From Tubiluchus corallicola (taxonomy: Eukaryota; Animalia; Priapulida): a stretch of DNA of 64,000 nt. The position numbers and the translations under genes were made by a program. The stretch is from positions 1-64,000 of the forward strand of contig JAQGDQ010000911.1 of NCBI GenBank assembly GCA_030141605.1, read 5' to 3'. This document shows, piece by piece, positions 15,262 to 31,607 of the stretch; within the stretch, counting starts at the first letter, position 1; each line of letters begins with the position of its first letter. Below the pieces are notes generated by a model that was not told the origin of the DNA, did no database searches, and saw nothing but the letters and a program-made list of their open reading frames with translations.

Positions 15262-15750
15262 TTTTACCGTGTCATTTTTACCTGTGCCATTTTACCCGTG
15301 TCATTTTACCTGTACCATTTTACCTGTGCCATTTTACCTGTGTCATTTTACCTGTACCATTTTACCTGTACCATTTTACCTGTACCATTTTACCTGTGCC
15401 ATTTTACCTGTACCATTTTACCTGTGCCATTTTACCCGTGTCATTTTACCTGTACCATATTACCTGTGTCATTTTACCTGTGTCATTTTACCTGTGCCAT
15501 TTTACCTGTGTCATTTTACCTGTGCCATTTTACCCGTGTCATTTTACCTGTACCATTTTACCTGTGTCATTTTATCCGTGTCATTTTACCTGTACCATTT
15601 TACCTGTGCCATTTTACATGTGTCATTTTACCTGTGCCATTTTACCTGTACCATTTTACCTGTGTCATTTTACCTGTGCCATTTTACCTGTGGCATTATA
15701 CCTGTGCCGTTGTTACCTGTGGCATTTTACCTGTGCCGTTTTTACCGTGC
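15262..15750. repeat. 14-bp minisatellite, ~35 copies
   Basis: Unit (c/t)cattttacctgt(g/a). Confidence 0.95.
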
Positions 15751-17040
15751 ACGACAGTACATACCTATGCAATTATCAAAAATAACACTTAGAACAGGTG
15801 TTACACGAATAGGTGTCAAACGTGGTAAGCAATATAAGCAGTTTGTTTACATACAGCAATAAATGTAAAGTAATTTATGGGAAATGACAACCGACTCTTT
15901 CTAAACAGTTTGCCATTTTTGCATCCAAAGTGAACCAATCTAGCCGTTTTGTTTGCATGTGTTCCGTGTTAATTAGGGAAGAACAATAAGTCCTCCCCAC
16001 CCAGAAGGCAAAACAAGTGGTCATGCTGAGTTCCTCACCAATGAAAACGTTACAAGAAACTGAGTAAAATGGTACGGAAAAGGTACGAAAAAAATACGGT
16101 AATTTCGCACCGTACCGTGCTTTTATGAATTTTTTCGTATTGCACCGTACCGTACTGCCTAAATAACTATGGAAGTTTTTGCTGAATCAATCAAAGTGGT
16201 TTATTTATGATATTGCAGCAATGATCAGACTGAAATAACAACAACAAAATAATTACGTATAATACTGCCATACCGTATAGAACGTAACTACAAATATAAA
16301 TGTTTCGAATTACACTAATTTAAGAATTGTTTCTTTAATCACAAAAGTAAAACTGCAAATAATATACCGTTCTAAATGTTAAACATCTGCTTGACACTGC
16401 ATGGAGTTCTTATTGTTAAATGTGTTAAAAATTGCCTCCTGGCGAACAGCAATACGGGTACTCTTCATATGCTGAAATCTTCGAGATCCTCTACTGCCAG
16501 CCTTGCTTTCAAGGCAATTTTAATATAAAAAAATCACATAGCAGGAAATGAATAAAATACTTCGCCACTTGACGTAGACCCACCGGACCGCCCACATAAT
16601 AGTGACGTAGGCCTACACATTTGCAGAATTGATTTACGCTAATCATTTCAGTACGACATTTTACTGGTGTGTGACACTGGCTTTTTTGTTGGCAAGTCTA
16701 AAAATAGATCTTCTAAGCGCCAAAGCAGAGAATCACTGAACAGTGGAGTAGTTTTAGAGTCCGCCAAGTGAGAAGCCTATGATACTAGTGAAGTGAAAGT
16801 TTTCACATCTTGCATAGTGACCTCGATACGTAGCTCAATGAAACAAGGTTTATTATACAGTAAGCAGCATTATAAGCAATCGATAAACGAAATAACTAAT
16901 ACACGTCATTACAATTAGTTGAAACATTATTGGCATTTATTATGTATGCCTTTGCAGCAGCTGCTACAGTTGTGTGCATCCCTAAAGACAGAATTACAGT
17001 TTCACTGGCTTACAATGACTGTCATTAAGGAGTTAGTTTA

Positions 17041-17432
17041 TAGGTTTTTGTTTGAGTTGACCATAAATAAGGTTTTTGTTTGAGTTGACCATAAATAAGG
17101 TTTTTGTTTGAGTTGACCATAAATAAGGTTTTTGTTTGAGTTGACCATAAATAAGGTTTTTGTTTGAGTTGATCATAAATAAGGTTTTTGTTTGAGTTGA
17201 CCATAAATAAGGTTTTTGTTTGAGTTGACCATAAATAAGGTTTTTATTTGAGTTGACCATAAATAAGGTTTTTGTTTGAGTTGACCATAAATAAGGTTTT
17301 TGTTTGAATTGACCATAAATAAGGTTTTTGTTTGAGTTGACCATAAATAAGGTTTTTGTTTGAGTTGACCATAAATAAGGTTTTTGCTTGAGTTGACCAT
17401 AAATAAGGTTTTTGTTTGAGTTGACCATAAAT
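17041..17432. repeat. 28-bp minisatellite, ~14 copies
   Basis: Unit aaggtttttgtttgagttgaccataaat. Confidence 0.95.
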
Positions 17433-18107
17433 AACAATAGCGTCTTGTCAACCACGTGACAGCAAGAACAGAACAGCTAAAGATGTTGACACTGGCATAA
17501 AATACCATCAGTTCTGCAGATGACTCAAAACTAGATTTACTACAATTCTTTTTATATTAATTCAATAATATGTTAGTGGATGGCACTCTAAATACATCAA
17601 TACATAACTCACTCACCTGGTGGCGCCACCTGGCTAACAGGAAAAACGTTAAAGGCCACAAATGGTTTACTTTTGCACGCCACGAAAGATTGTTAAACAT
17701 TTTAAAAATGACAATTTTATATATACGTACGTTTTATTGCATCTAAATCAGAAAACAGTACAAAGAGAAGATAAGAATGAAAAAGGTAATTAGAGACGTT
17801 CTCACCTCTTCCACTGAGCAATGTGATAACTGACTGACTGACAGTTACTGCCAACAACAATACATTTATTCAGCCAACACTACAGTTAATCTCCATGAAG
17901 CCACGCACTCGTATTAGTTTATTTACTAGCTGCCTCAGCGCTTGCCTAGCTGAAACCCGCTGCGCTGTGTGCTTCCGCTGCAGCACCAACTGACAGATTA
18001 TAATCAATAAAATACAGAGAATCAGCCCAGGAGGGGTACAATCCAGATGCTCTTATTGAACTACAACGCTCCAATGTAGCTTCATTACGTAACAATGATC
18101 GTCAATG

Positions 18108-19230
18108 CTTATGGCGACGGTTAATACAACTATGGATACGCAAAATAGCGAATACAATAGGCGCCGCTTAATTGACTCAAAAACGCCTGCCACGGGCAGC
18201 TTCTATTCAAATGTACATAAAACTGTCGATAATAGACTCAAATAACTCCGCATAATTGACTCAATATTTTTGTTTCACATGATTCAATAAGACACTTTCC
18301 TGTGATTAATAAGCTTTTGAATCATCTTGGTTTACATTTCTCCTTTAATTTGCATAGAAACAGTCATGTTAAGTATCCTCAATTAACCTCGTTACTAGGG
18401 GTGAGCATTCTCTACCAGAAAGCGAATTCGAATCGAACCGAAATTGTCACTTTCGAATTCGAATCAAACCGAACTTCAGTGTTTCGAATTCGAATTGAGA
18501 TTGAACGATTTTTGAACTAGTTTTCAAACCACCAGTAAAAATTAGTCTTACAAAGATCATGCATATCACTAGATTTTGTTCTGCAATAAAACGACTAGTA
18601 ATTTGTTTAGAATTGTGCACAGAAATCACAGCTAAATTATGTTAATTGCATGATGTTTCAATCGTTTTAATGATCAGGAACATATGTGATTGAAGTGCTG
18701 AATTATTCGAATCTATAGTTTTGGATTCGAATCGAGTTCGACCTAAAAAAACTCGTTCGAATCGAGAACTCGAACATTCGATGCTCACCCCTACTCGTTA
18801 CCCAAGAATTCTTGGAAGCTAAACATTTAATCACTTGCTTAGCAGTTTGCTTTTGAAGCTCTGGCTATCTTTCCCAGAAAGTTTAATCACTTAGATGTTG
18901 ATGTTAAGCCAGGGACACAGGTACAGTACAGTAAGTACGTCACAATAGCAAGCGGGAGGTAGGGCGAAACTACAGGCAAAGCTACTTGCAGGGAAACACG
19001 GGCACCACCAACAGTTTAAACACGCCAAGCAATAAGTATTTTACGAGAATTTATGCAACATTACAACAACAGATTCATTAAAATTCATCAAAAACCTTTG
19101 TAGTGCATAGTACGCTGTTGACTCATACTTTTATACTAGTAATACTATACCCATCGGCTAATAGCTTCAGTCGGTTAATTGGTTCGAAACACTTCGGTGC
19201 CAAAGTGAGTCTATTAAGCGGCGATTACAG
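18108..19230. mobile_element. Non-autonomous DNA transposon (pogo/Tigger-like ends), host of a nested hAT MITE; second copy at 56213-57317
   Basis: Ends ccgcttaat(t/a)gactca / tgagtctattaagcgg; long internal similarity between the two copies. Confidence 0.7.
18396..18793. mobile_element. hAT MITE (TAGGGGTGAGCA TIR)
   Basis: Perfect 8-bp TSD ctcgttac; subterminal TTCGAA repeats. Confidence 0.9.
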
Positions 19231-22200
19231 CAAGCAAGTTGTCACTTTGTTAAAGATTCACGAAACGAGTGGAATTAAATTGCTTTACACACATACTGTG
19301 AATTTACTAGCGTGCCCTCGCTTCAGTTAGCAAGGCAGCTAACATTTTCCCAAACTTTGGACTTTCAACATCCACACACCTGAAGGCAAAAATGTAAACA
19401 GGTAACGAACACGTAAACTTTAGTTTGTATGTCACACTCGAAGTGAGTCATAATTATGCAAACACAGTAAAGGAAAGCTGTGTTAAATAGTGATTTTGAT
19501 TAAATTGGTTATTAAATTAATAATTCAAGATTAAATGCTTGACGATGCAAGATTAAACTACCGTCGTAGATAGAAGTCTAGTTAGGTGTGGCATCACGTG
19601 ACCAGCTGATGTTCGGCCGGCTGACTCAGAAATAAAGATTGATGATGTAATCCTTATGCGCAGATGCTCACGGCGCATTAGGTAGTTAGACAAAAGTGGT
19701 TTGAGGCCCGCACCTCGGGGGAGATTAGGAACTGACTTGAAGACGGAGGGCTGGCATGACTATCCTCTTATATTTACCGTGTTGTGTTTGTTGTTTAATA
19801 AATGTGTTGCTTATTAAATAAAGTCTTGATAGTTTCCCATGCCCATCGTGGCTACCTCACACGCCACTCAATAATCAACAACCAGCATTAACCACAAGAA
19901 TAATTAGACTTTAATCAAATTATTTTACTAACACGACACTACTGTTTTTCAATTTTATTAATATTTTCTAATAAATTTAAATATCTCGATTGATTTGTTG
20001 GTTGTGTTTGTTCAGTCCTAATTTTAGTTCATTGGAAAGTGGACATGTAACTAATGCTAGTAAAAGTACATAATGTATACGGAGATGGTGATATCTATTG
20101 ACAAGAAAGATGAAACATCATAATCCGAAGCTACAATAAAATCTTTACAGTGCAAAATTAATCAGATGGGTAAGAATGTATTCATAGTAGACATAAATAC
20201 CTTTGTAAAAGTAATTAAAACAATCCAGTTTGAGGATATGAGTAATATAAACAGAATATGAGGATATAAACAGTACGAATTGGGGATACAAGTACTGACC
20301 AGAAATGCCTATTAGCTCTTGAGATTGCTCATGTAGCAGGACATACTTTATACTTCATGTTCAATGCTATAATAATAATAATAACAACAACAATCATCAT
20401 AATAATAATAATCTTTATTTAAAGTCGGTTTTTGGGTAAACAATTAACGTTAGCTCAAAGAGCTATTACCACTAGACTAAACCATCTGGAGAAGTTGAAT
20501 GACGACACAAAACTCCATCAGCAAACTTCACATGCTTGCACGTTATTTTCAGAAAATTGCTCTCTAGAAATGTTTAACCCTGGTGTCGAGATTTACACTC
20601 ATTACAAATGTACAATATTGAACGCAATACTTGTATTTGTCAAAAATAAATTTCTGTTTAACAAACATATTTTTTTTAAATTTTTTAGGAATTAATTTCA
20701 TGTCTACAGTTTGTATTTCAACTCCACATCAATATTAGACAATAACAGAACAGGGAGTCGAGTACAATACTAGGCTTTCCATCTATCTATAAAGCTGATC
20801 ACCCTGGCAAGACGCAACATTATAGTGATTTATAACCGCACAGAGCTGATTTATGCTACTCGATTATTAATTTTGCTCTGTGCTAGACCACTTACAATAT
20901 TTGTCACAACCAGCTATATTAAAATTGTAAATTTTGCTAAACTATGAAATTTGATTCACGCAAAATACTTACTTGTACTTTTGCTGGTTTCGAAAACAGG
21001 TTATGGCACCGGGCGAGTTGTTTGCACGCCACTGGCCGGTAAGTCTGGATGGCTGCCTCCTAGGGGACGAGACCACCACGCCCACAGGGTCCAGAGCTCC
21101 CTCGGTTAGCCGGGACGCGGCATTCATCCGCCGACAGCAAGCCTGTCCGCTATGGTTGGACCTCAACGGGTATAAAACCCCCAGACGGCATAGCCTTGCT
21201 ACGGACCCGTTGCCACCCGCTAAAATCTTCATCTTTCTTGTCAATAGATGTCACCATATTCGTAAACATTATGTACGCCCGATCGTAAAGATCTTCGTTG
21301 AGGCCAGGCAGTTGGGTTTGAGTACACGCAAAATGCATCACATAACACCTTTTAATATTTACAGTAATGTAACTGACAACATCTTTTTGCTATTAAATAT
21401 TTAGCACTTTGCAATGAAAATAAATTTCAACTGTAGAAACTAAAATGTAAAACCAAATTTTAAAACCACATGAGAGTGATGAAACAGTGTAAGACGCACA
21501 CAGAATTTTTCATTCAAAGGAAATGTGTCTATGCCAGTGCTGAATGGGCAAATCATAAGCATGTACAGTATTGCACACCTAATGAACATTAGTAAAATTA
21601 TTACTGTAGCATTAATTTTGCTAATGAATCACTTGTATTCTTATAATTTGCCCCCCTCCCTCCCCATAGCCCATCTTTAATGGTTATGATGGCTACATTA
21701 CTACCATCAATTATATTTAAATGTTCTATACAATTATAGTTATTACTACAAGTATAATGTATAATTTAATCTCTTCTCCCCCACTTAAATTTGGGTACAT
21801 GTATGTGTATATGTATATCATTGTAGATACAAGTAAGTAATATGGTGCATTGTAATACAAGTAAGTGGTGCATTGACAGATGATAATCACATAATTCACA
21901 TTCGTAACTATTTAAAAAAATTTCACTCTTTAAAACTCACTCAAAGTCGTAATTACATATTATGTTTTCCTTTCTCAACTTTCATGTTTATTGCTCTTAT
22001 ACCGTTGCTATTATTACATCATTTACTTCGTCCTTATTTACATTAAGTTATCTACAGAAGCATGCATAACTATAATCATTTTTTCATTTAAGTAAGGTGA
22101 GTGTGTTAATGACCATATGGTCGTACACTTACCTCGCACTACTCAAATTATTTTATTTAAAGTTTATTAATGTTTGATATTGTATTTTTAGATGCCTGAA

Positions 22201-23790
22201 ATAAAATTCATAGTTCAACATACAAAACGAATTACAATGGACTTGCCTAGAGGACACATTTCCCCATTTAGTGGAGTGGGTCTTTCACTTTCCAAAACAT
22301 GGTACTTAAATATAATTGCATGTAACCTTCTGGTAAAATTACTACATTAAAACAACTACCCAATAATCAAATGCTTAACACTTATTACAATGCCATTAGA
22401 ACATTTTTCAAAATGTAGATTCAGAACACAAGGAGATCAAACCTGGTGGTCATTGACACAATTAGGAGGGTTTATCTTAAAAACAATGTTAATAGCTAAC
22501 AATGGGAATTCTAAAAAAATGAAACAGAGGCAGACACACAGTGACATCATGATAGAATGGCTACAATGTGCTACAGTCAGTAAAAGAACAAGAATACTAT
22601 TGTGACCTACACAATGCAGCCATTACCGATTAACATAATTTATTCACCAGACTTCACAAACGGATAAATACATAACAAACACTTCAGCACCAGTGTAGAA
22701 TAAACAAGGAAACATGTACAGTTCGCTTGTTTTGTATCATCACTACAATGACTGATATTTCAATTATTACTGCATCATACGGATCAAATGACAAGATCGG
22801 TAACATCGTTTAGTTTTTTAAACGTTAACTATTTGATATGCTCAGCAAATTATTGTATTTTTAGGATTTTTGCATAGCTATTTAATTTGTCTTTCAGAAC
22901 ATACAAATTAATTCTAATATATACTGAAGACACAATTCATGTTACAAGTCCTTGTAGCTCAAAATCGCATAACTCAAAGAATTTCAAAAGAACGGATGAA
23001 ATGTTTATTTTTCCCACAAAAAACTCAAAATTTCGTTCAACTCAAATAAAAAACCATGATTCTTTTAATCAAAATACATGTAATTTACTTCGCTAATTCA
23101 AAAATGCAATTTATACTCGAGAAAAATAAAGTGTTTCGTAAATAAATAATTGAACTACGTGCAAACTGAACTGCAGTATGTAAGACATTGGTGGCGCCAC
23201 TGTCATATTGACTAACAGTGTTGTGTACATGTCCTTTTCTAACATAAAAAAATGTGTTTCACAACATAATTTGTTATTCTTTACATAATTGTCATCAAAT
23301 CTCGTCGTTTACGTATAGGAGGGTTGAACTTTCTGCCTTCTGTTTAGCTCGCCGTCTGGAAGAGGGACTTAGAGTTTCTATGCTGGAAAATGGTCAGCAT
23401 CGCCTAACTCAAAATATCACGTAACTCAAAGCTTTTTTGGTCCGGCTGGATTTGAGTTATGCGGAGTTTATTGTACATTCAAGTAAATACTAGAAAGTGT
23501 AACATGCAATAAAACTTATTCTTCAAGTATTTTCAGACATTTATACAGTGATTTAGTAATGTTACAGTCATTATTATGCTATGATCAAAAGCAGCAAAAG
23601 TTCATTTAATTTGTTCCTAAAAGATTTAATGTTTATTTCCTAAATCTTCAGTTTAAAGCTTCAGATTCGATGATACTGAGGTACCCAATCTAATTTGAAA
23701 GTAAAGTTCGATTTCAGTAACCTGATATAAACAACAGAATAACACAGATCAATGAATTTAACACAGAACTACTCTACTAGAACCAAACGT

Positions 23791-24165
23791 TAGGGGTGAG
23801 CATTCTCTACCAGAAAGCGAATTCGAATCGAACCGAACTTCAGTATTTCGAATTCGAACCGAATTCGAATTGGGATTGAACGATTTTCGAACTAGTTTTC
23901 GAACCACCAGTAAAAATTAGTCTTACAAAGATCACGCATATCACTAGATTTTGTTCTGCAATAAAACGACTGGTAATTTTTTTAAATTGTGCGCAGAAAT
24001 CACAGCTAAATTATGCTAATTGCACGATGTTTCAATCGTTTTAGTGATAAAGAACATATGTGATTGAAGTGCTGAATTATTCCAATCTATAGTTTTGGAT
24101 TCGAATCGAGTTCGAACTAAAAAAACTCGTTTGAATCGAATTCGAGCGTTCGATGCTCACCCCGA
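23791..24165. mobile_element. hAT MITE, same family, 112 bp downstream of the DDX41 stop; degenerate third copy at ~53477-53833
   Basis: Perfect 8-bp TSD ccaaacgt. Confidence 0.9.
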
Positions 24166-24277
24166 CCAAACGTATAATTAAATATATATGTATATGTACA
24201 ATAATATGCCTGTAATTATGTACATTAATGTTCATATTAACACTTAGCGGCTGTTACAATGTGCTATGAATTGTGTT

Positions 24278-26209
<1,932 letters not shown>

Positions 26210-28039
26210 CTACAAAAACAAATAGTAAGCGTAACACTTACTATTAATTCACACAAATACAGTGATAATAATACAGTAAAACTACTAGTAATTTTTGAAA
26301 TGTATGCAGTGAACATGACACGAGTTTCAGGGGAAAAGGGGTTCCACAGCTCGACTCCCCTATATTTCGGCGAACATTGGCCTCAACTAGTTGCAAATTT
26401 GCTTACAAAAAAGGTATTTACGTTTGCAGATTTGTTACTACGTATATTCGCGTACTTCAGAAACACGTTTGGAGAATAAATTATATTTGAATTTGAATGT
26501 AACTTTAGCCAAGTTCAAGTTTGGATATATAGTGATTCAGGTGTTGCATGATCCCTTATTTATATAAGAAGTTTCTTACCTTAACAATTTTTTTTGTGCA
26601 GTGTAGTGGCCGAAGTGTTTTTTGGTGCAAATGCAAAAGTTAATGTTCATGCAGTTCTAGATCTGTGAATAAACCAGTGCATAGTATAAAATTGTCTTTA
26701 TTAGTCAGCATAGTGTCTAGTTTTTCGAACTGTGCCAATATATGCTTTATTGATTTTGTATGCGGTCTGGTTTATGTGAGGTTTCCATGTCATTCTGTTA
26801 TCAATATATAATCCTAAATAAAAGATTATTTTATCTAATCAGTTTACTGAATGATGTTATTACCCTTTCTAAATTCAAAATTTTCTGAGTCAGATTTACA
26901 TTGCTCGTTAGTAATTAACATAAACTTAGTTTTACGGTAGTTAACTGATAACATTTGTTTTCATACAGTATAAATGTTAGAAATTTCTGCATTAACGATA
27001 CGTTCAAGGTTTTTGTGATTTTCATCTGCTAGAAAGAGGTTCGTGTTATCAGCAAATAACTTTGCGTGAAAATTAGTAGCCGAAAAAATAACGCTGTCGT
27101 GAATTTCCTTTTTTCACGGAATTTCAGTATACTAGTTTTAAACTAAATCACAAAACGCCTTAACTCAAAACTAAATTTCTAAAATTTTAATTCCATATGT
27201 TTTTGATAGAATCAGTAACACAACCGTTTTTCCTGGAGTTAAGGCCACACCTGCCTCAAAACCGGTCCAAAAAAGTTTCGCTCAAACAAGTATTCTTCCA
27301 CCAGTCAAAACTTGGGAAAAAGTAGGGGCAATTATTATGTATAAAGACATTAATATGCTAGAGACTTGTGGACTTATTCAAGTTCACAACAAATGTAAAT
27401 CAAGAATAGTAATGGTCCAAGAGTTGATCCCTGTGGGACTAAGCTTGTGTCCGGTATTATAGTTGCCAGTTTTCTAGATATTATTAAAAGTGATAATGCA
27501 TTACCCCAAATACCACAGCGAACGTGCTAATGAGACAGTATAAAATGCTATCACTGTGGTACCAGTATCTTAGAATATACTTAGAATATATTAGAATTAC
27601 TCAGAATATACCACAAATGTGCAGATTTTGATCTAGATCCATGTTAATTCTGTCACACAATTCTGACAAAACCAGAGATGTGGAACAGTTTTTCTTAAAC
27701 CAAACTAGAAAATATTCAACGTATTTTTATTACACAAATTTTATCCCGTGCCATTAGTTATAATTAGTATTTTGTGGCACCTCAGAACAATTAAATAAAA
27801 GTATCAGCATTATAATTAAAATTTAAGCAGATCATGATAAAACCCAGTGAATTTAAAACAGACACTGTACACAACATGAAATAAGCGGACTTAGTTTGAA
27901 AAGGTTAAAATAAACAAGCGAGTCTTGAGCTTTTTCTTAAGCACGTCAAATTTAGTGCAACCACGCAAATCAAATGTGAGTTTGTCCCATTCGCTGAAAG
28001 ACAGCTACTGAAAAAGACCTGTCTGCAAAAGTTTTACGA

Positions 28040-30130
28040 CAATTAAAGGGTACATCTAGAGCGATGCAAGTCTGTTTGTTTGTTTAACAATTTTTCCAAA
28101 CGAGTGTATAAGACCTTTTCTAATATTTTTGAAAAGGGCCTATAATTAAAAAGATTATAAACTAGACCACTTTTGTGTGCAGAAGTAACTTTGGCCATTT
28201 TCAATGTCAGGAAATCTACCATTGCAAATTGATTCGTTGAACAATGAAGCAAACGACGGGAATAAAATTTCTGCTTTATAGTCATGAACTGAACTTTCTG
28301 TGACTTACGTTCATTTCATTATTGAAATAGTAATTTTGTGTCAGGTGATTGTAACAGGATCACGGAATAGCAAGTGGGAGTTTTCTATGTGAGAAATGAT
28401 AGACCCTGGAACTGAGGTGTTCTTTTTTGCATATCGGAGCTGATAAAAGAAAAAAAATTTATTGAAATATTCCGTTATGCTACCACGATTAGTAATTTCA
28501 AACACATTAGCTATTTTACTGGGTAACTCTTGTTGTATTTAGTTTTGTTATAGATATTATTGAAAATAGACAAATTTTTTCATGTTGTTTTGAATTCTTT
28601 CAGAATAATACAGCTTCTTTGATGCTTCTTTACTCTGACTTAATTTTTTGGAATACGATTTCTAATAGCTTATTTTCAATATTAAACTGTTTACGGCTTG
28701 TGTTTTGTATAATTTACTTTTACTTTTTGTAAATGCTAAAATAGGGGGTTGTGGGGAGGAGGGGGGGGGGGGGGTAAACCATGATTTGGACAATGTCTGA
28801 GTTTCTTTTTGAGACACATGTTTTAAGTGGGACGTGATTGTCAAATACTTCATTAAAAGTCTGCATAAATACTGAAATGAACCATGAGTTGAAAGCAAGT
28901 TAAAGATAATTCTTGAAGATTTGTTACGTAGATTCTCTACATGATTATTATTAAATCTATATCGATTATACATATTGTGACCATGCGTCCGGGTTTCCCC
29001 GGACACGTCCTCTTTTTGGGCCTCTGTCCGGGCGGGTTTTCAAAAAATTGGCAGTTTGTCCGGGTTTTGCCCCAATACACGGACGTATACGGTGTATGCC
29101 AACTGCAGAGCCATACGACAGTACGAGACAAAGAAAAGCTCGTTAATTTTCAATACAAGATGTTGCTAACGTCTCAAAATGCAACCCTTGTAAAAGCTTT
29201 GTGTACATATTTACTGAACAAAAGTAAGCGTATCATTCAAGTTCAAGCGTAAGTGTTTCTGAGAGCCAAGAAGAAGCAGGCGACTGACAGTTGCAGTGTG
29301 TTAATGTTTTTTGCAGTATAGCCATTTGGTATTGCTTTTAGAATACATGTAGGCCTATTTGTATAATTTGCATTTTATTTTGCATTGTTTTAATAGGCCC
29401 TACACTGGTCATTTTTGCCTACTTACAAGTGTGCGAAAAAGTGCCTACCATTTTTACTCAGATAGTAAACAGCTACTTTCTAATTACCTTTTACCAGTTA
29501 CTCAAATTGCAAAACAGCGAAACTATACAAATTTAAAGAAATTCACATAAAAACAAACAAAATGGCTCCCGGAAGCTGACGTCATTTTAAGTCGTTAGCG
29601 AATACGCCGAGTATCGACAGCGGTGTGAGCGTGTGACCCATAGTGATGTGCGCATCGCTTACTTATGTTCAGTAAATATGTACACAAAGCTTTTACAAGG
29701 GTTGCATTTTGAGATGTTAGCAACATCTTGTATTGAAAATTAACGAGCTTTTCTTTGTCTCTGTTGGCAACGTCCGTACATACAAGTTTACGGAATGAGG
29801 CAAAACTCGGACAAACTGCCGATTTTTTGAAAACCCGCCCGGACAAAGGCCCAAAAAGAGGACGTGTGCGACCAAACCCAGACGTATGATAACCCTATAT
29901 TATTAAAACTAATTGTCTTTGCTTTTTCTAAAAAGTTAAAAATTACATTTTCGTGTTACGAAGGCTTAGCAGCATCTGTCTCATTTTTAAACTTGCAATT
30001 ATTTCTGTAACAACTGTGTGCATAGTTTCTCTCTTTAAAGCATTAGATACTTAGTTTAATGTTATGATGATTTTAATGGAGCTAATAATACTGATGATAC
30101 TATTGTAAAAACACACTAATTTTGTAAATT
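28040..30130 (-). mobile_element. Degenerate LINE (L2/CR1-group) ORF2 relic interrupted by a DNA transposon
   Basis: YRP..FSKILEKVLYTRLEKLL RT-upstream motif and a KSWFT..KSKLYK segment; many stops. Confidence 0.6.
28973..29897. mobile_element. Non-autonomous hAT-like element with ~250-bp inverted arms
   Basis: 28973-29235 is the reverse complement of ~29650-29897; ends resemble TAGGGTGACCA; no clean TSD. Confidence 0.75.
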
Positions 30131-31607
30131 GGCATCCATCATTATTAATATTATAAAGTTACTTTTTCTCTAAAACAAATTTAGTTTATATTTTGTTATG
30201 TTTTATTATGTCATCATAATTCTCGACAAAAATCGCCAATGCCCTAGTTGGGCTGTCCATGTACGACACTGCTTTTCCGCAAATTTAGCACATGCGTTTT
30301 ATCGGAAGTGTCCTAAATCGCCTACTGGGTTACTCGGCGCCCTACAGCTTCAACGAACTGACTAATTCGGATTTTGAACAGTAAAACTGCGGTGGCTTGA
30401 ATTTCTTTCTATTGTAGTTTTTCTGGTCATCTTTCTTGCCACATATGAGCTTTTTCAATTTTTTTGAAAGTTAAATCTTACCCTTTCTGTTCCTCGATTT
30501 TTTTTGAAAATTCTCAACTAATACATTTCTTATCGTCGCCGTCCATGATGAAATTTCTGAATCGACTAAAGTTGGCCTTTCATTCTGCGAATATATCTAT
30601 GGTTTCAGATATACATATACATACAAAAGGACAGTGAACGCAACAGAAATTCATATGATATTGGTTTAGTTTATTTGACATCCATAAAATAATACAATAA
30701 AATAAATAAAAATAGTATATTAATGACAATAAAAATAGCCAATAGGGTGCAGAAGGGATGCACAGAGATACACTGCTTAATGCACTTATAATGTAAAACA
30801 CAACATTACAGAATATTCTAAATAAAGGAATACTAAACAATGCATTTGTTTACATGTGCCCATCGTAATACAAATACTGATTTAAATCCAAGGTGTTTTA
30901 ACGTGTTTCTGAAATAATTTGGCATTCATTGCAGTGATCAACGGATGTGCATTTATGTGTGATAGTAAGGAATTCCACATGGGCACTACACGATTTGAGA
31001 AGAAATGAGCAAAACTAGTTTCACATGTAATTATGATTCTAGCACCATTACAGCTACAGAAAAAAATTACCACCAGATGCTTTGATCAACAAAAGCAAAT
31101 GTAGCCTGTATATTGTTTACGACAATGATGACAAAAGAGGGAATTTATAACTTCTACGTTTTACTTACAGCAGGTACAATACACTGTAATTGTGTTGCGC
31201 TTGACTAAGCTGTAGTTGAGTCATATATGTAATATGGCTTGATTAGTGAACTAGTTGGGCAAATTAGGAAGACAGAGCAGAGGAGAGCAAAAAGAGAGTG
31301 TGCAGATTAGCAGAACGCCAGAGTTATGGCGAGGAAATTTGTTGCTTTATTTTGTTAAAAGCGTTTTTTAAAATCAGTTTTAATAAATGTGTTCTTAAAC
31401 GAAGTTAGAAGTTTGTCAGCTCTACAAACTGTACAATCACAAACTTAAGTTCAATTGTTTAGATGTCCAGGAAGATCTGAAATCGCTTACATCAAAGCTG
31501 TAACAATTTAACGTGACTGATTAGTTGACAGTACAATTATTTTTGAGATTTTATCACAAAAATGACGCACTTTTGCAAAGATAAAGACAGAACTTCAATG
31601 TTCAAGA

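Noticed and set aside
19479-19862. Additional solo LTRs (also ~31185-31426)
   Set aside because: TG..CA ends and AATAAA are present but I found no TSD and no second copy
30482-30546. Upstream coding exon of DDX41 (ATG GAC GGC GAC...)
   Set aside because: Stops after 10 codons, before the GTAAGA donor; nearby sequence resembles dispersed repeats (~40545-40640, ~51985-52010); at most a UTR exon
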